Virus record (IMG/VR): IMGVR_UViG_3300035042_000015
Location: 1-25,365 of that record
Reading direction: 5' to 3' (one strand)
DNA: 25,365 bases
DNA from: a virus
Lineage: Duplodnaviria; Caudoviricetes
The notes beneath the pieces were generated by a model, which was given only the letters and a program-made list of their open reading frames with translations, did not search any database and had not been told where the DNA came from. Below are positions 8,244 to 16,724 of this stretch, piece after piece; positions within the stretch are counted from its first letter, which is position 1, and each line of letters begins with the position of its first letter. A program made the translations under genes and the position numbers.

Positions 8244-10159
8244 TGGCCCACCCCCGCCATGTTCATGCCGGAGTCAACGTCCATTTCCATGCCCCGAGCG
8301 TTCATGCGGGTGACGCGGGTGCGGTCGTCGCTGACCTCGATGCGCAGGCGGCCCTCCGGGCGTTCCTGGTCATGGAATCCGAACTTGTCCATGGCCTGGC
8401 TGCCAAGGTTGCCGCCCGCCCAGGCCCCGGCGATGCCGCCGCCGATGGTGCCGATGATCGCGCCAATGGCCGTCCCCAGGCCGGGAACGATGGAGCCGAT
8501 GGCCGCGCCGAGCTGCGCACCCGCCACGGCCCCACCCCAACCGCCCAGGCCGGAGCCAACGGCACGGCCGGAGGCGTTGACCTTGGCGTCCGTGGAGCGG
8601 CTGTCGTCTGTCCAGGCGTCGTACAGGTCATAGGCCGTACCGGCCAGGGCCAACGCCCCGGCCGCCCGCCCGGCCCACTTGCCAGCGCCCGCCATGGCTC
8701 CGCGCACACGGCCCAACCGGCCACCGCGCCGGGCGATGCTTCGCCCGACCTTGCCGGAGCCGCCCTGCCAGCCGCCGCCGTAGGATTCTGGCAGCATGGA
8801 CATCTGGTTGTTGACCACATAGACCGGGATCGGCCCGCCGCCCAGGCCACCGAGGAGGCCGCCCAGGCCGCCCTTGGCCTTGCCCGCCATCTTGCGCAGG
8901 ATCAGGCCGCCGCCGAGCTTGGCCAGGCCCAGGCCAGCCAGCCCGACGGCCGCCCCGCCTATGAGCATATTCTTGCCGGTGATTTTCTTCTCATCCAGCA
9001 GGTACTTGGCCGCGCCCTTGACCGCGTCGTTCACCGGCCGGGCGAAGGAATCGGCCGCGTCGGCCATAGCCGTCTTGAGCCGTGCGGTCTGGTCTACCGC
9101 GTTATCGATGGCGTCGGGCAGGTCGCGGGCAATGGTGCCCCCAGCCTGGGAAATGGTTTCAGACATAGTCCTGGCCGACTTGATGGAGTCTCCTGCCAGG
9201 AGCGCGCCCAACCCCTTGCGGGTGTCGAGGTCGGCGTCACCGAACGCGGCCTGGATGAAACGGTCGCGTTTGAGGTCAGAGGTCAGGGTTCGGTATTTGG
9301 CCGCGATATCGTCCAGGACATCGAAAGCGGCGCGCTTGTCACCGGTGGCCGGGTCGTAGAACTTGACCCTGGTGACCTTGGCCGCCTTGGCCAGGTATTT
9401 CTGGTTCGTGAACAGGCGCAAGGTGGAATCGGCCAAGGTAGCTAGCCGCTCGGGGTTGCGCTCGATTAGCGAGAGCTGCTCGATAAAGCCGAGGGTGGCA
9501 TCGAAACCGAGCCCGGCGCGTTTCGCGTTGACGCCCACACGGGCGAAGATGGAGGACAGGTCCTCAAGCTCAGCGTTGCCCAGGCGACCGGCGGTAGTCA
9601 TCTTATCCAGCAGGTCGGTGGAGGTAGAGAGCTTAGAGAGGTCGAAGTCAAAGGTTTTAGCGGCCACGGTCAGCCCGGCGGAAAGCACCTCGGCGCTGGC
9701 CCCGGTCACGGCCATGGCATTGTTCACGCTGCGGATGGTGGCCAGGGATTCGTCCCAGGCCAGGCCGGACTGGATCAGGTTGTTGAAGCCATCAAGGAGC
9801 GAGTCCAGGGACTGGCCTGTTTGTTGGGCCATGAGATACAGCTCGCGGCGAAGGGAGGCGGCCTCGTCCTTGGTGGCCCCGGCTGTCTGTCGAATCTGTA
9901 TCAACCGCTTGTCCAGGGCGGCCGAGGCCAGGACGGCCTGGTAGCTCTTGTAGAGCGTCCCGGCCCCGGCGATCATCCGGGTATACCGTCCCCCCAGGGC
10001 GTCCAGGCCCCGGCCCATGGCCATGGTGGACCGCCGCAGCATGCTCATGCTGCGAGTGCCCCGCCGGGACATGGATTCCAGAGCCCTGGAATAGGACCCG
10101 GCCTTTGTTTGCAGGTTCCCGGCCAGGTCCAGTTGTACGGATGTTCGCAGATTGCTCAT
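8240..10159 (-). CDS. Tail tape measure protein (Mu gp42 position)
   Basis: 639 aa, Ala-rich helical; AGRLGNAELEDL TMP core; C-terminal glycine-zipper hydrophobic segments; lies between the chaperone and gp43. Confidence 0.9.
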   Translation of the reverse strand: MSNLRTSVQLDLAGNLQTKAGSYSRALESMSRRGTRSMSMLRRSTMAMGRGLDALGGRYTRMIAGAGTLYKSYQAVLASAALDKRLIQIRQTAGATKDEAASLRRELYLMAQQTGQSLDSLLDGFNNLIQSGLAWDESLATIRSVNNAMAVTGASAEVLSAGLTVAAKTFDFDLSKLSTSTDLLDKMTTAGRLGNAELEDLSSIFARVGVNAKRAGLGFDATLGFIEQLSLIERNPERLATLADSTLRLFTNQKYLAKAAKVTRVKFYDPATGDKRAAFDVLDDIAAKYRTLTSDLKRDRFIQAAFGDADLDTRKGLGALLAGDSIKSARTMSETISQAGGTIARDLPDAIDNAVDQTARLKTAMADAADSFARPVNDAVKGAAKYLLDEKKITGKNMLIGGAAVGLAGLGLAKLGGGLILRKMAGKAKGGLGGLLGGLGGGPIPVYVVNNQMSMLPESYGGGWQGGSGKVGRSIARRGGRLGRVRGAMAGAGKWAGRAAGALALAGTAYDLYDAWTDDSRSTDAKVNASGRAVGSGLGGWGGAVAGAQLGAAIGSIVPGLGTAIGAIIGTIGGGIAGAWAGGNLGSQAMDKFGFHDQERPEGRLRIEVSDDRTRVTRMNARGMEMDVDSGMNMAGVGQ

Positions 10160-10166
10160 AGGGTCG

Positions 10167-10301
10167 TCACAGTGCCTTGCAGTAGCGGATCAGCTGCCGC
10201 AGGGGCAGCGCCTTGATTTCTCTCTCGGCCCAACCAGTCCGGGTGGCCAGGAGCAGGATCAGCCGTTCGACGTCAGCCGTCCTGCTCCCCAGATCGCCCC
10301 C
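10167..10301 (-). CDS. Frameshift extension of the tail assembly chaperone (gp41.5 / GT-like), reached by -2 slip
   Basis: +1 (= -2) frame after GG GGG CGA reads GDLGSRTADVERLILLLATRTGWAEREIKALPLRQLIRYCKAL, a GpE'/T-like W...EI..L motif; ends 7 nt before the TMP start. Confidence 0.8.
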   Translation of the reverse strand, partial: GGDLGSRTADVERLILLLATRTGWAEREIKALPLRQLIRYCKAL

Positions 10302-10650
10302 GCTTTTCCAGGCCGTCGAGGATTTCCATGGCGCGGATCGCGGCCAGGTTATCCATCTGCTCGGCCTTGTCCTGAACCATTCGCAAGTCTTGGGCGGACA
10401 GCCGCTTGATGATGGCCAGGTCCACGCCATTGAGGTCGCCGACGCTCACCTGGCGGCGCAGGATATTCAGCCCGACCAGGGTCGGACTGGCCACCAGGGC
10501 CGGTCCTTCCTTGGTCATGACCACTTTTTCGGATTCCTCCTGGGCCTCAATGATATGGGCGCCGGTCGTCTCGGTGAGGAACAGGGCATCGTATTCCTTG
10601 TCGCCGATCTTGACCGGCGAGGTCAGCGGCACACGTTCACTGTGAGACAT
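10273..10650 (-). CDS. Tail assembly chaperone, Mu gp41-like
   Basis: 125 aa between tube and TMP; L.RQ..VG.L.G....IKRLS.QDL motif. Confidence 0.88.
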   Translation of the reverse strand: MSHSERVPLTSPVKIGDKEYDALFLTETTGAHIIEAQEESEKVVMTKEGPALVASPTLVGLNILRRQVSVGDLNGVDLAIIKRLSAQDLRMVQDKAEQMDNLAAIRAMEILDGLEKRGRSGEQDG

Positions 10651-10651
10651 T

Positions 10652-11008
10652 CTAATCCTCCTCGCAGGTGACGGCGGACATCTTCACGTCCAGTTCACCG
10701 CCCTTGGTCTTGAGCTTGGGCGGTTCGGTCACGAACGCGCCGGTCAGGACGTAGCGCTTGCCGGTATCCGTCTGGAATATCACCGTGGCGTCGGTGATCC
10801 CCTTGATGTCTTCGATGGAGGTCTCGGCCGTGTGGTAAACCGTGATCTCCAGCTCGGGCTCCACGGTTTCCTCGGAATAGCCGACGACCCGGCCTCCCCC
10901 GATGACCGGGGTGCGCTTGACGCCGCCGGTGTCCAGGGTGGCCTCGTCGGCCGTGTTCAGCTGCTGGCCGTCCACGTAGATGGTCGCTTTGCCGGTTACT
11001 TGTGCCAT
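10652..11008 (-). CDS. Tail tube protein (Mu gpM/gp40)
   Basis: TG.A.IYVDG, GGV.RT...G, TV.F..DTG..Y....A motifs; follows the sheath gene. Confidence 0.92.
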   Translation of the reverse strand: MAQVTGKATIYVDGQQLNTADEATLDTGGVKRTPVIGGGRVVGYSEETVEPELEITVYHTAETSIEDIKGITDATVIFQTDTGKRYVLTGAFVTEPPKLKTKGGELDVKMSAVTCEED

Positions 11009-11017
11009 GGTGTTCTC

Positions 11018-12484
11018 CTACAGGATGTACTGGACCTGCTCCGCGAAGATGCGCAGCTGGTTCACGATGTTGGGCGGGGCCAGAACGTCCAGGCGGTTGG
11101 GATCGTCCGCGTTGCGCTCGACGATCAGGTCTTTCTTGAATTGGTCGAAGTCCTCCACCAGCCCCTTTTCCTCCAGCTGCCGGAACAGAGCGAGCAGCTC
11201 GGACCGGATGATGGACGGGGTGACGATGGCCTGGCCCGAACCGAACCTGGTTCCGTCGTCGGCCAGCTTGTGGCGGGGGAACTTGGAAGTGATCCGCACG
11301 CGGGTGACGTAGCGGATGTAACTGAGCGTGGCCGGGGTGGTGACGTCCAGGTAGCTCGTATCCTCCACGCCGTAGCTGTTGGTCTGGTAGGTGGTCACGG
11401 CGCGCTCGATGCGCACGGTGCCGTCCGAGTCCACGGTGTAGGAGGACAGGCCATCGAACAGCAGGAGGTTGCGTTCCTCCTTGGTCCAGCGGTCTTCCCT
11501 GGCCGGGGCCAGGACGCCGGGCAGCTCCAGGGTCTGGAGCGGACGGGCCGGATCGTCGGACACGGCCACGGCGGCCACGGCGGCGTAGACGGCGGCCCAT
11601 ATATAGGCCGGGGTCGGCGAGGGGCCGGTGGGCAGGCAGCTGCCCAGGTGGCTGTTGCGCGAGCTGGACCAGGTGGACGCCTCGGCATGGGTGCCGCGAT
11701 AGGCCATGTAGGCCTGAGAGTCCTTCATGGACAGGGGCCCCCAGCGGGTCGCCAGCTCGGACTCCAGCTCGGTCATGTTGGCCGCGTCGGTCCAGGGAAT
11801 GGCCAGGGCGTTCCACCACTCGTCGCCCATGGCGTCGATGGCGTCAGCGATATCCGGGTTGGCCGCGCCGGTGGCCATATCCACGATGGCCACGCCCAGC
11901 CCGGCGGGCAGGACTTCGCCGGAATAGAAGTTGAACCGCATGTCGATGTCATTGCCGCACTCGCCCTTGTTCCGGGCGGTCAGGGTGATGGCCGCGTCGG
12001 CAACGGTGGCGGTGACGGGCAGGTCCAGCTCCTCATTGATGGCCTCGGCCAGGGCCGTGGCCGCCTCGGCGGCCGTGTCGGCGGCAGCCACGGAGGCCCG
12101 GACACGCTGCCCGGCGATGTAGCAGGACAGGACCCCGGCGGCCGTGGCCGTGCCGGTCAGGGTAATGGTTCCGGTAGCGGCTACGCCCGCATCGTCGTCG
12201 GCCAAAGGAATGGCCCAGGTCTCCAGGTAGGAGTTCGCCTTCTTGATGGCCGCAAACATCCCGGCCAGCATAGAGCCGCGACCGAACAGCGAAATGGCGT
12301 GGTCGGCGCTCAACACGCGGACCGGGACGCCCGCCTCGGCAGTGCCGGAGCCGAGTATCTGCCCCAGGACGAGCAGCTTGTACTCGACCTCGGCAAGGCC
12401 CTGGTTGGCTTTGGTGTTGTCGAACTCGATGTAGACCAGCGGCACCCGCAAGTCGCTCGGGATCTCGTTAAAGCTGATGGCCAT
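11018..12484 (-). CDS. Contractile tail sheath protein (Mu gpL/gp39)
   Basis: ISFNEIP..LRVPL.YIEFDN, FG.GSML, DPARPLQTL.L.G, FPRHKLADDG, D.NRLDVL.PP..VNQLR motifs. Confidence 0.96.
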   Translation of the reverse strand: MAISFNEIPSDLRVPLVYIEFDNTKANQGLAEVEYKLLVLGQILGSGTAEAGVPVRVLSADHAISLFGRGSMLAGMFAAIKKANSYLETWAIPLADDDAGVAATGTITLTGTATAAGVLSCYIAGQRVRASVAAADTAAEAATALAEAINEELDLPVTATVADAAITLTARNKGECGNDIDMRFNFYSGEVLPAGLGVAIVDMATGAANPDIADAIDAMGDEWWNALAIPWTDAANMTELESELATRWGPLSMKDSQAYMAYRGTHAEASTWSSSRNSHLGSCLPTGPSPTPAYIWAAVYAAVAAVAVSDDPARPLQTLELPGVLAPAREDRWTKEERNLLLFDGLSSYTVDSDGTVRIERAVTTYQTNSYGVEDTSYLDVTTPATLSYIRYVTRVRITSKFPRHKLADDGTRFGSGQAIVTPSIIRSELLALFRQLEEKGLVEDFDQFKKDLIVERNADDPNRLDVLAPPNIVNQLRIFAEQVQYIL

Positions 12485-12487
12485 TGG

Positions 12488-12718
12488 TTAGCCCTCCTTG
12501 ATGGTTTCGGAGGCCTCGGCGGCGGACGCCTTGGCGGCCTTGGCCTCCGCCTTCTTGATGCTCTCGGCCGTGGTCTTGACCACGTCGCCGTCCTTCAAAC
12601 GGCGTCGCCAGTAGCTGGAACTCGACACCGCCTTGCCGTATTCGGGCAGCGGCTTCTTGGTGCGCGGTTCGCGCACGGTCAGCCCTTCGCGGGGCTTGAG
12701 GTACAGAATGGTGTCCAT
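12488..12718 (-). CDS. Mu gp38-like small protein (DUF2635)
   Basis: LKP..GL.VR.P....LP..G..V..SSYW.RRL.DGDV motif immediately upstream of the sheath gene. Confidence 0.9.
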   Translation of the reverse strand: MDTILYLKPREGLTVREPRTKKPLPEYGKAVSSSSYWRRRLKDGDVVKTTAESIKKAEAKAAKASAAEASETIKEG

Positions 12719-12727
12719 GACGGTCTC

Positions 12728-13285
12728 CTAGTCCCCGTCCTGGGGCAGGTTTACCTGGTCCACGGCCTCGGGCGCGTCGTCCTCGACCGGATACCGGGCG
12801 TAAAGGGTTTCAAACGGGTTGAGGGCGGCAAGGTCTTCGGCGGGCATGGCCTCGCCCAGGACCATGGACTGCTGCCAGGACACGGCCCACATGGCCACGC
12901 CCAGCTTGTCCACGCCGGACGAAAAAAGGTTGTCCCCGCGCACGGACTGGGGGCTGCCCAAGCAGTCGTCAGTGCCCCACATGTTCTCGGGCACGATCAT
13001 GGCCAGGCGGTCCACCAGGGCGGCGGCCACCAGGTCGCGGTGGACGGGATGTTTGTCCTTGCCCACTACGAAAGCGCCCCAGGCCACGTTGGCCTGGTAC
13101 TCGCCGTTGGCGTAGACCAGGTCGCGGAACCCGAGGTAGGCCACGAACACAGCCGGAGCCTTGGTCGAGACGCGCTTCAGCTCGGCGGCGTCGAACCGGC
13201 CGCCGTGGGGCTCGCAGGGGATGTCCGTACCGATGCTGTCCTTGATCGTCTTCACAACGGCGTCGCGCAGATATTCCAGGCTCAT
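12728..13285 (-). CDS. Mu gp37-like tail terminator/neck protein
   Basis: H.GRFD..EL.R....APAV.VA and NLFS.......A.WAVSW.Q motifs; start placed at MSLEYL (13285), ATGA overlap with the G-like gene. Confidence 0.82.
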   Translation of the reverse strand: MSLEYLRDAVVKTIKDSIGTDIPCEPHGGRFDAAELKRVSTKAPAVFVAYLGFRDLVYANGEYQANVAWGAFVVGKDKHPVHRDLVAAALVDRLAMIVPENMWGTDDCLGSPQSVRGDNLFSSGVDKLGVAMWAVSWQQSMVLGEAMPAEDLAALNPFETLYARYPVEDDAPEAVDQVNLPQDGD

Positions 13286-13758
13286 TGCAGGGCCTCCAGT
13301 TGACGGTCCACGAAGTCGTCCACCAGCGCCGCCAGGTCTTCCTCGTTCTCGTCGGACAGCCCAAGGAAGGTGCGCGCCGGTACCGTGATCCTGCGGCGCG
13401 ATCCAATCACGGACATATCCAGGCCGTTTTGGTGGGTGCCCGCATAGACCAGGTTTGACCCCCACTCCACGAAGTCGCCGTTGATGCCGACCACGTGGTC
13501 GATGGAGTCCAGGAGATTGCCGTCAGCCTCCAAGAGGCTATGCCCTGAATGACGAGTGGCCGCGTATGACTCCGACCAGGCGGGCCAGGCTGAACCATCC
13601 GGTGCGGTCTTTTCCTCGTCGATACGGCGCTTGGTCTGCGATTCGCCAAGCTCGCCTATTTCATCCATCAACGGCCGGGTGTCCATGTCGCCGAGCAGGG
13701 CGATCCGCCCGGCCAGGCGCTCCACGGCCCCCAGGGAAACGATCAGGTCCGTGCTCAC
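13282..13758 (-). CDS. Phage virion morphogenesis protein (Mu gpG / P2 gpS-like)
   Basis: R...E..PDG..W, L...G.L..SI, GSNLVYA..HQ.G and PAR.FLGLS motifs. Confidence 0.9.
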   Translation of the reverse strand: MSTDLIVSLGAVERLAGRIALLGDMDTRPLMDEIGELGESQTKRRIDEEKTAPDGSAWPAWSESYAATRHSGHSLLEADGNLLDSIDHVVGINGDFVEWGSNLVYAGTHQNGLDMSVIGSRRRITVPARTFLGLSDENEEDLAALVDDFVDRQLEALQ

Positions 13759-14183
13759 GACAGCCCCCCGCCGCGCCCGCGCCCGAAGACGCGGGGCCTT
13801 CCGCTGACGGTGGCCGGGCTGGACGCCTGGCCGCCGGACTTCTCGGGCTTCGGCCCCAGGGAGACCTCGCCCTTTGCGATGGACTTCAAGGTGGCCCGCG
13901 CGTCCGTGTATCGGGTGCGGACCTCCTCGGTGACCGTCGCGGCATCCGGGCTCATGCGGTAGATGGCAATATCCACGGCCACCTGCACCAGGACCGACGG
14001 CACCACCGCAAGCGGCAGGTCGTAGCGGCTCCCGACGTACAGGTCGATTTCCGAGTCGGCGTCGGCCAGGGCGCGGGATGTCACGCCCTGGTCGGCCATG
14101 CCGTCACCGTCCCGGTCGGCCAGGACCAGAAGCTGGTCCTCGCCGTACCGGTCGATGATGTCTTGCGTGGTGGCGTAGGCCAT
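13755..14183 (-). CDS. Head-tail adaptor, Mu gp36-like (DUF1320)
   Basis: MAYAT..D...RYG...L, AL.DA..EID.Y...RY.LPL, DIA.YR and RY.DA...L..IA.G motifs. Confidence 0.92.
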   Translation of the reverse strand: MAYATTQDIIDRYGEDQLLVLADRDGDGMADQGVTSRALADADSEIDLYVGSRYDLPLAVVPSVLVQVAVDIAIYRMSPDAATVTEEVRTRYTDARATLKSIAKGEVSLGPKPEKSGGQASSPATVSGRPRVFGRGRGGGLS

Positions 14184-14638
14184 CAGGCGTTTTCCTTGCT
14201 CTTGGTGTAGGCTTCAAAGGCGGCGGCCACCTCGTCGCCGGTGACGTCGTAGCCGAGCGCCGTTTCCACGGACTTGACCTTGGGCGTCCCGGAGGTGGTG
14301 AAGTCCGCAGCCGGATCGAGGCTCGGGATGACCTCCACAATGGCGGCCGTCAGGGCCTCGCCCTCGGGCTTGGTCACCTTGGCTGCCGCTTCGGCTTCCG
14401 CCTTTGCCTTGGCTTCGGCTTCCGCCTTGGCTTCGGCTTCCGCCTTGGCTTCGGCTTCCGCCTTGGCCTTGGCCCCGTCGTCTTCCTCGGATTCGGTCAC
14501 GACGAGCATGGGCTCGGCCTTAAGGGCCTTGAGCTGCTCGGCGGTGAACTTGTCGTCGTCGTAGGTCACGGGCTCGGCCGGGTGCGGCATGCCGCACCGG
14601 CGGAACCCGGCGCGCTTGGCGGTGATGGTGATGCTCAT
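14183..14638 (-). CDS. Mu gp35 / HI1506-related protein with AKAEAE repeat linker
   Basis: N-terminal I.ITAKR.GFRRCG..H...FT.EQL..LKAEPMLVV; low-complexity linker; small C-terminal domain FT.SG.P.V..VE..LG. Confidence 0.85.
   Translation of the reverse strand: MSITITAKRAGFRRCGMPHPAEPVTYDDDKFTAEQLKALKAEPMLVVTESEEDDGAKAKAEAEAKAEAEAKAEAEAKAKAEAEAAAKVTKPEGEALTAAIVEVIPSLDPAADFTTSGTPKVKSVETALGYDVTGDEVAAAFEAYTKSKENA
14406..14459. repeat. 18-bp tandem repeat, 3 perfect copies plus partial flanks (gccttggcttcggcttcc)
   Basis: Directly visible; encodes (AKAEAE)n in the gp35-like protein. Confidence 0.9.
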
Positions 14639-14650
14639 GGATTACCCCCT

Positions 14651-15694
14651 CTACGCGCCTTCGCCGGTGGAGCCCCAGGCCATCTGCCAGAAGGCGTAGC
14701 CTCCGGCGGCGCGGGCCTCGGCACCGAACTTGAACACGGCGCGAGAGAACACGCCTTCCGCGCTCATGTCGGTTTGCTGCACGAAGACGGGCTTCTTGCG
14801 CTCCTGGTAGATGAAGGGCTTGACCGGGCGGGTGGTGTCCAGCAGGAACCAGGCCGTGTCGCTGGTCAGGTAGTCGCCGACCACGACCTCGGCCGTGCCC
14901 TTGTAGGGGTTGGGCTGGTCGTCGGCCAGCTTGTCGGCAGTCATGAGCAGGTTGGCGTCGTCCTCCAGGGCGGGCGGCACCAGCAGCACGTCGGGCCTGG
15001 CTCCCAGGGGCCGTCCGTCCTCGTCCTTGAATTTGCGCATGGCCGTACGGGCCGCGCCATAGCTGGCCTTGGCCGCCGCCAGGGTGGAGATGTCAAAGGG
15101 GGCGGTGCCCTTGTTGCTGACGCTGGCCTTGCCCACCGGGTGGTCAGTGTCAAAGAAATACTGACCGTCATAGCAGATGGATTCAAACCCCTTGTCGGGC
15201 AGCTCGAACACGATTTCGTCCGGCAGGGTCTTGGCGCTGTATCCGGCGTTCTGGGCCTGAGGCGCATAGATGCCCAGGTTGTCGTCCTCGATGTCATTGC
15301 GCTTGACTTCGACGGTCGCTTCCCAGTCGTCGTTGACCACGGTGTATTTGAAGGCCTCCAGCGCCTTGACCACCTTGTCGCCCACCCACTTGCGCATGCG
15401 CGGGAAGTTGGACAGCCAGGAGTAGTCGTTCTGGCTGGAGCTGGACGGCACCCGCATGGCGATCTTTTCCCACTTGGCAGGCGTGGAGTCGAAAGCCTTG
15501 TTGAAGGTCGTTTTGAGGTTAGTGAAGATGTCGCCCAGGACGGCCTTGTTGACCAGCAGACCGCCGAAGGCGAAGGCGGGCAGTACGCCCGCGTGCGGGC
15601 TCCCGGCGGAAGCGGTCTCGGGTACGGCGGCAAAGGCCAGGCAGGCCCCGACAAGCAGGGCCCAGGCCAGCGCGGTATTGAAAATGCGTTTCAT
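14651..15694 (-). CDS. Major capsid protein, Mu gpT (gp34)-like, with a 45-aa N-terminal extension
   Basis: Y.WL..FP.MR.WVG, N.DWEATV.V.RNDIEDD.LG.Y, CYDGQYFFDTDHP, WFLLDT...VKP.IYQ.R and G..FWQ.A.GS motifs; AAGGAG RBS ~10 nt before the ATG at 15694 (the ORF-track start at 16063 is an artefact). Confidence 0.95.
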   Translation of the reverse strand: MKRIFNTALAWALLVGACLAFAAVPETASAGSPHAGVLPAFAFGGLLVNKAVLGDIFTNLKTTFNKAFDSTPAKWEKIAMRVPSSSSQNDYSWLSNFPRMRKWVGDKVVKALEAFKYTVVNDDWEATVEVKRNDIEDDNLGIYAPQAQNAGYSAKTLPDEIVFELPDKGFESICYDGQYFFDTDHPVGKASVSNKGTAPFDISTLAAAKASYGAARTAMRKFKDEDGRPLGARPDVLLVPPALEDDANLLMTADKLADDQPNPYKGTAEVVVGDYLTSDTAWFLLDTTRPVKPFIYQERKKPVFVQQTDMSAEGVFSRAVFKFGAEARAAGGYAFWQMAWGSTGEGA

Positions 15695-15713
15695 TTTTTG
15701 GTTTCTCCTTGAG

Positions 15714-16115
15714 TTACAGGACCCACACGCCGTCGTCGTCGATGCCGACCACGGTACCGGCTGCGGATCGGGTGGAGCCGCCGTTGGTCGCGGCCACGGT
15801 CTCGTCGTCCACGATGTAGCAGGGCTGGCCCAGGCTGGCCTGGGTGACGGGGTCGGCGTCCGAGTTCTCGAACTTGAACGCCTTGCCGCGACGGACGAGG
15901 ACGGTCTTGTCGCCGTCGTTCCCGTCGGCGTTGTCCACCTGTTCCTCGGCCCGGCCGAGGTAGGTGAGAGTCGTCGCCGTGCTGCCGGGCGCGGCGTAGC
16001 CGGTGGCATTGGCCACCACCATGCCGCCCCCGTAAATCTTGGCACCGGCGGCCACGGGTACACCGATCTCCTCGCCGTCTTTCAACGGGGTGTTTCTGTC
16101 TGCGATAAGAGCCAT
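15714..16115 (-). CDS. Putative capsid decoration/cement protein
   Basis: MAL..DRNT, PVAA..KIY.G..V, G.A.EQVDN..G..G, CY.VDD.TV..T motifs; lies between protease and MCP; RBS AAGGAGG. Confidence 0.75.
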   Translation of the reverse strand: MALIADRNTPLKDGEEIGVPVAAGAKIYGGGMVVANATGYAAPGSTATTLTYLGRAEEQVDNADGNDGDKTVLVRRGKAFKFENSDADPVTQASLGQPCYIVDDETVAATNGGSTRSAAGTVVGIDDDGVWVL

Positions 16116-16124
16116 TGGTCCTCC

Positions 16125-16724
16125 TTACTTGGCGTACTTGGCCAAGTCCTCGGCGGTGTTGCCGAACTGCTCGGCGATATGGGCCTGCTGCTGGTTCATG
16201 GCTTTGCCTTCGCCCTCGGGCTTATCCGGCATCTGCGGGTCCTCGATGACCTGCGGGGCTGCCTTGGCGAAGTCCTCGAACTCCTTCAAGCCGCCTTCCT
16301 TACGGCAGGAGGCCACATAGAAGTCCTTGGAGGCCGGGGCGATCTTGCCGTCCTGGATGGCGCGGTTGACCGCTACCTCGATCTTGCCCTCCAGCTCGGT
16401 GGCCTCGCGATCCTTGAGCGCCTTCTCGGCGGTCTCGGCGCGGTTGAGGGCCATCTCCAGGTCGGCACGGGGCACCAGCTTGGTGATGTCGATGGCACCC
16501 GCCCCCTGGGCGTGGTTCTGGGCCGAGGCCAGCTCGTTGATCTTGGCCACGGCGGCGTCGGCCCCCGCGTCCTCGGCCAGGCCGAGCGCGGACAACATAT
16601 CCTTGCTCATGGCCCGGTTGTTGGCCGTGTCGAGATCGCCCATGATCTTGGCCACGGCGGCCTGGATTTCCTGCTCGGTGGCCGTCTCCGGCAGTCCGAG
16701 CTTGCGGCACAATGCCTTTTTCAT
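16125..16724 (-). CDS. Internal in-frame scaffolding protein (Mu gpZ-like)
   Basis: GGAGG-N8-ATG AAA (MKKALCRKLGL) just after the protease domain, in frame; Mu I/Z precedent. Confidence 0.7.
   Translation of the reverse strand: MKKALCRKLGLPETATEQEIQAAVAKIMGDLDTANNRAMSKDMLSALGLAEDAGADAAVAKINELASAQNHAQGAGAIDITKLVPRADLEMALNRAETAEKALKDREATELEGKIEVAVNRAIQDGKIAPASKDFYVASCRKEGGLKEFEDFAKAAPQVIEDPQMPDKPEGEGKAMNQQQAHIAEQFGNTAEDLAKYAK

Noticed and set aside
10303-10311. -1 slippery site (G GAA AAG) in gp41
   Set aside because: The downstream chaperone-like ORF is in the +1/-2 frame, so a -1 shift would not reach it
10832-13303. 823-aa plus-strand ORF (and similar long plus-strand ORFs at 476-1903, 8243-9445, 15456-16823, 17486-18985, 19432-20493)
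   Set aside because: Antisense shadows of high-GC phage genes; no recognisable motifs, and they fully overlap well-supported minus-strand genes
14639-14650. Structured RNA element downstream of gpT
   Set aside because: Only 12 nt separate gpT from the next gene, occupied by the RBS
15695-16063. ORF-track N-terminal extension of the capsid protein to 470 aa
   Set aside because: Overlaps the decoration gene out of frame; a strong RBS supports the ATG at 15694
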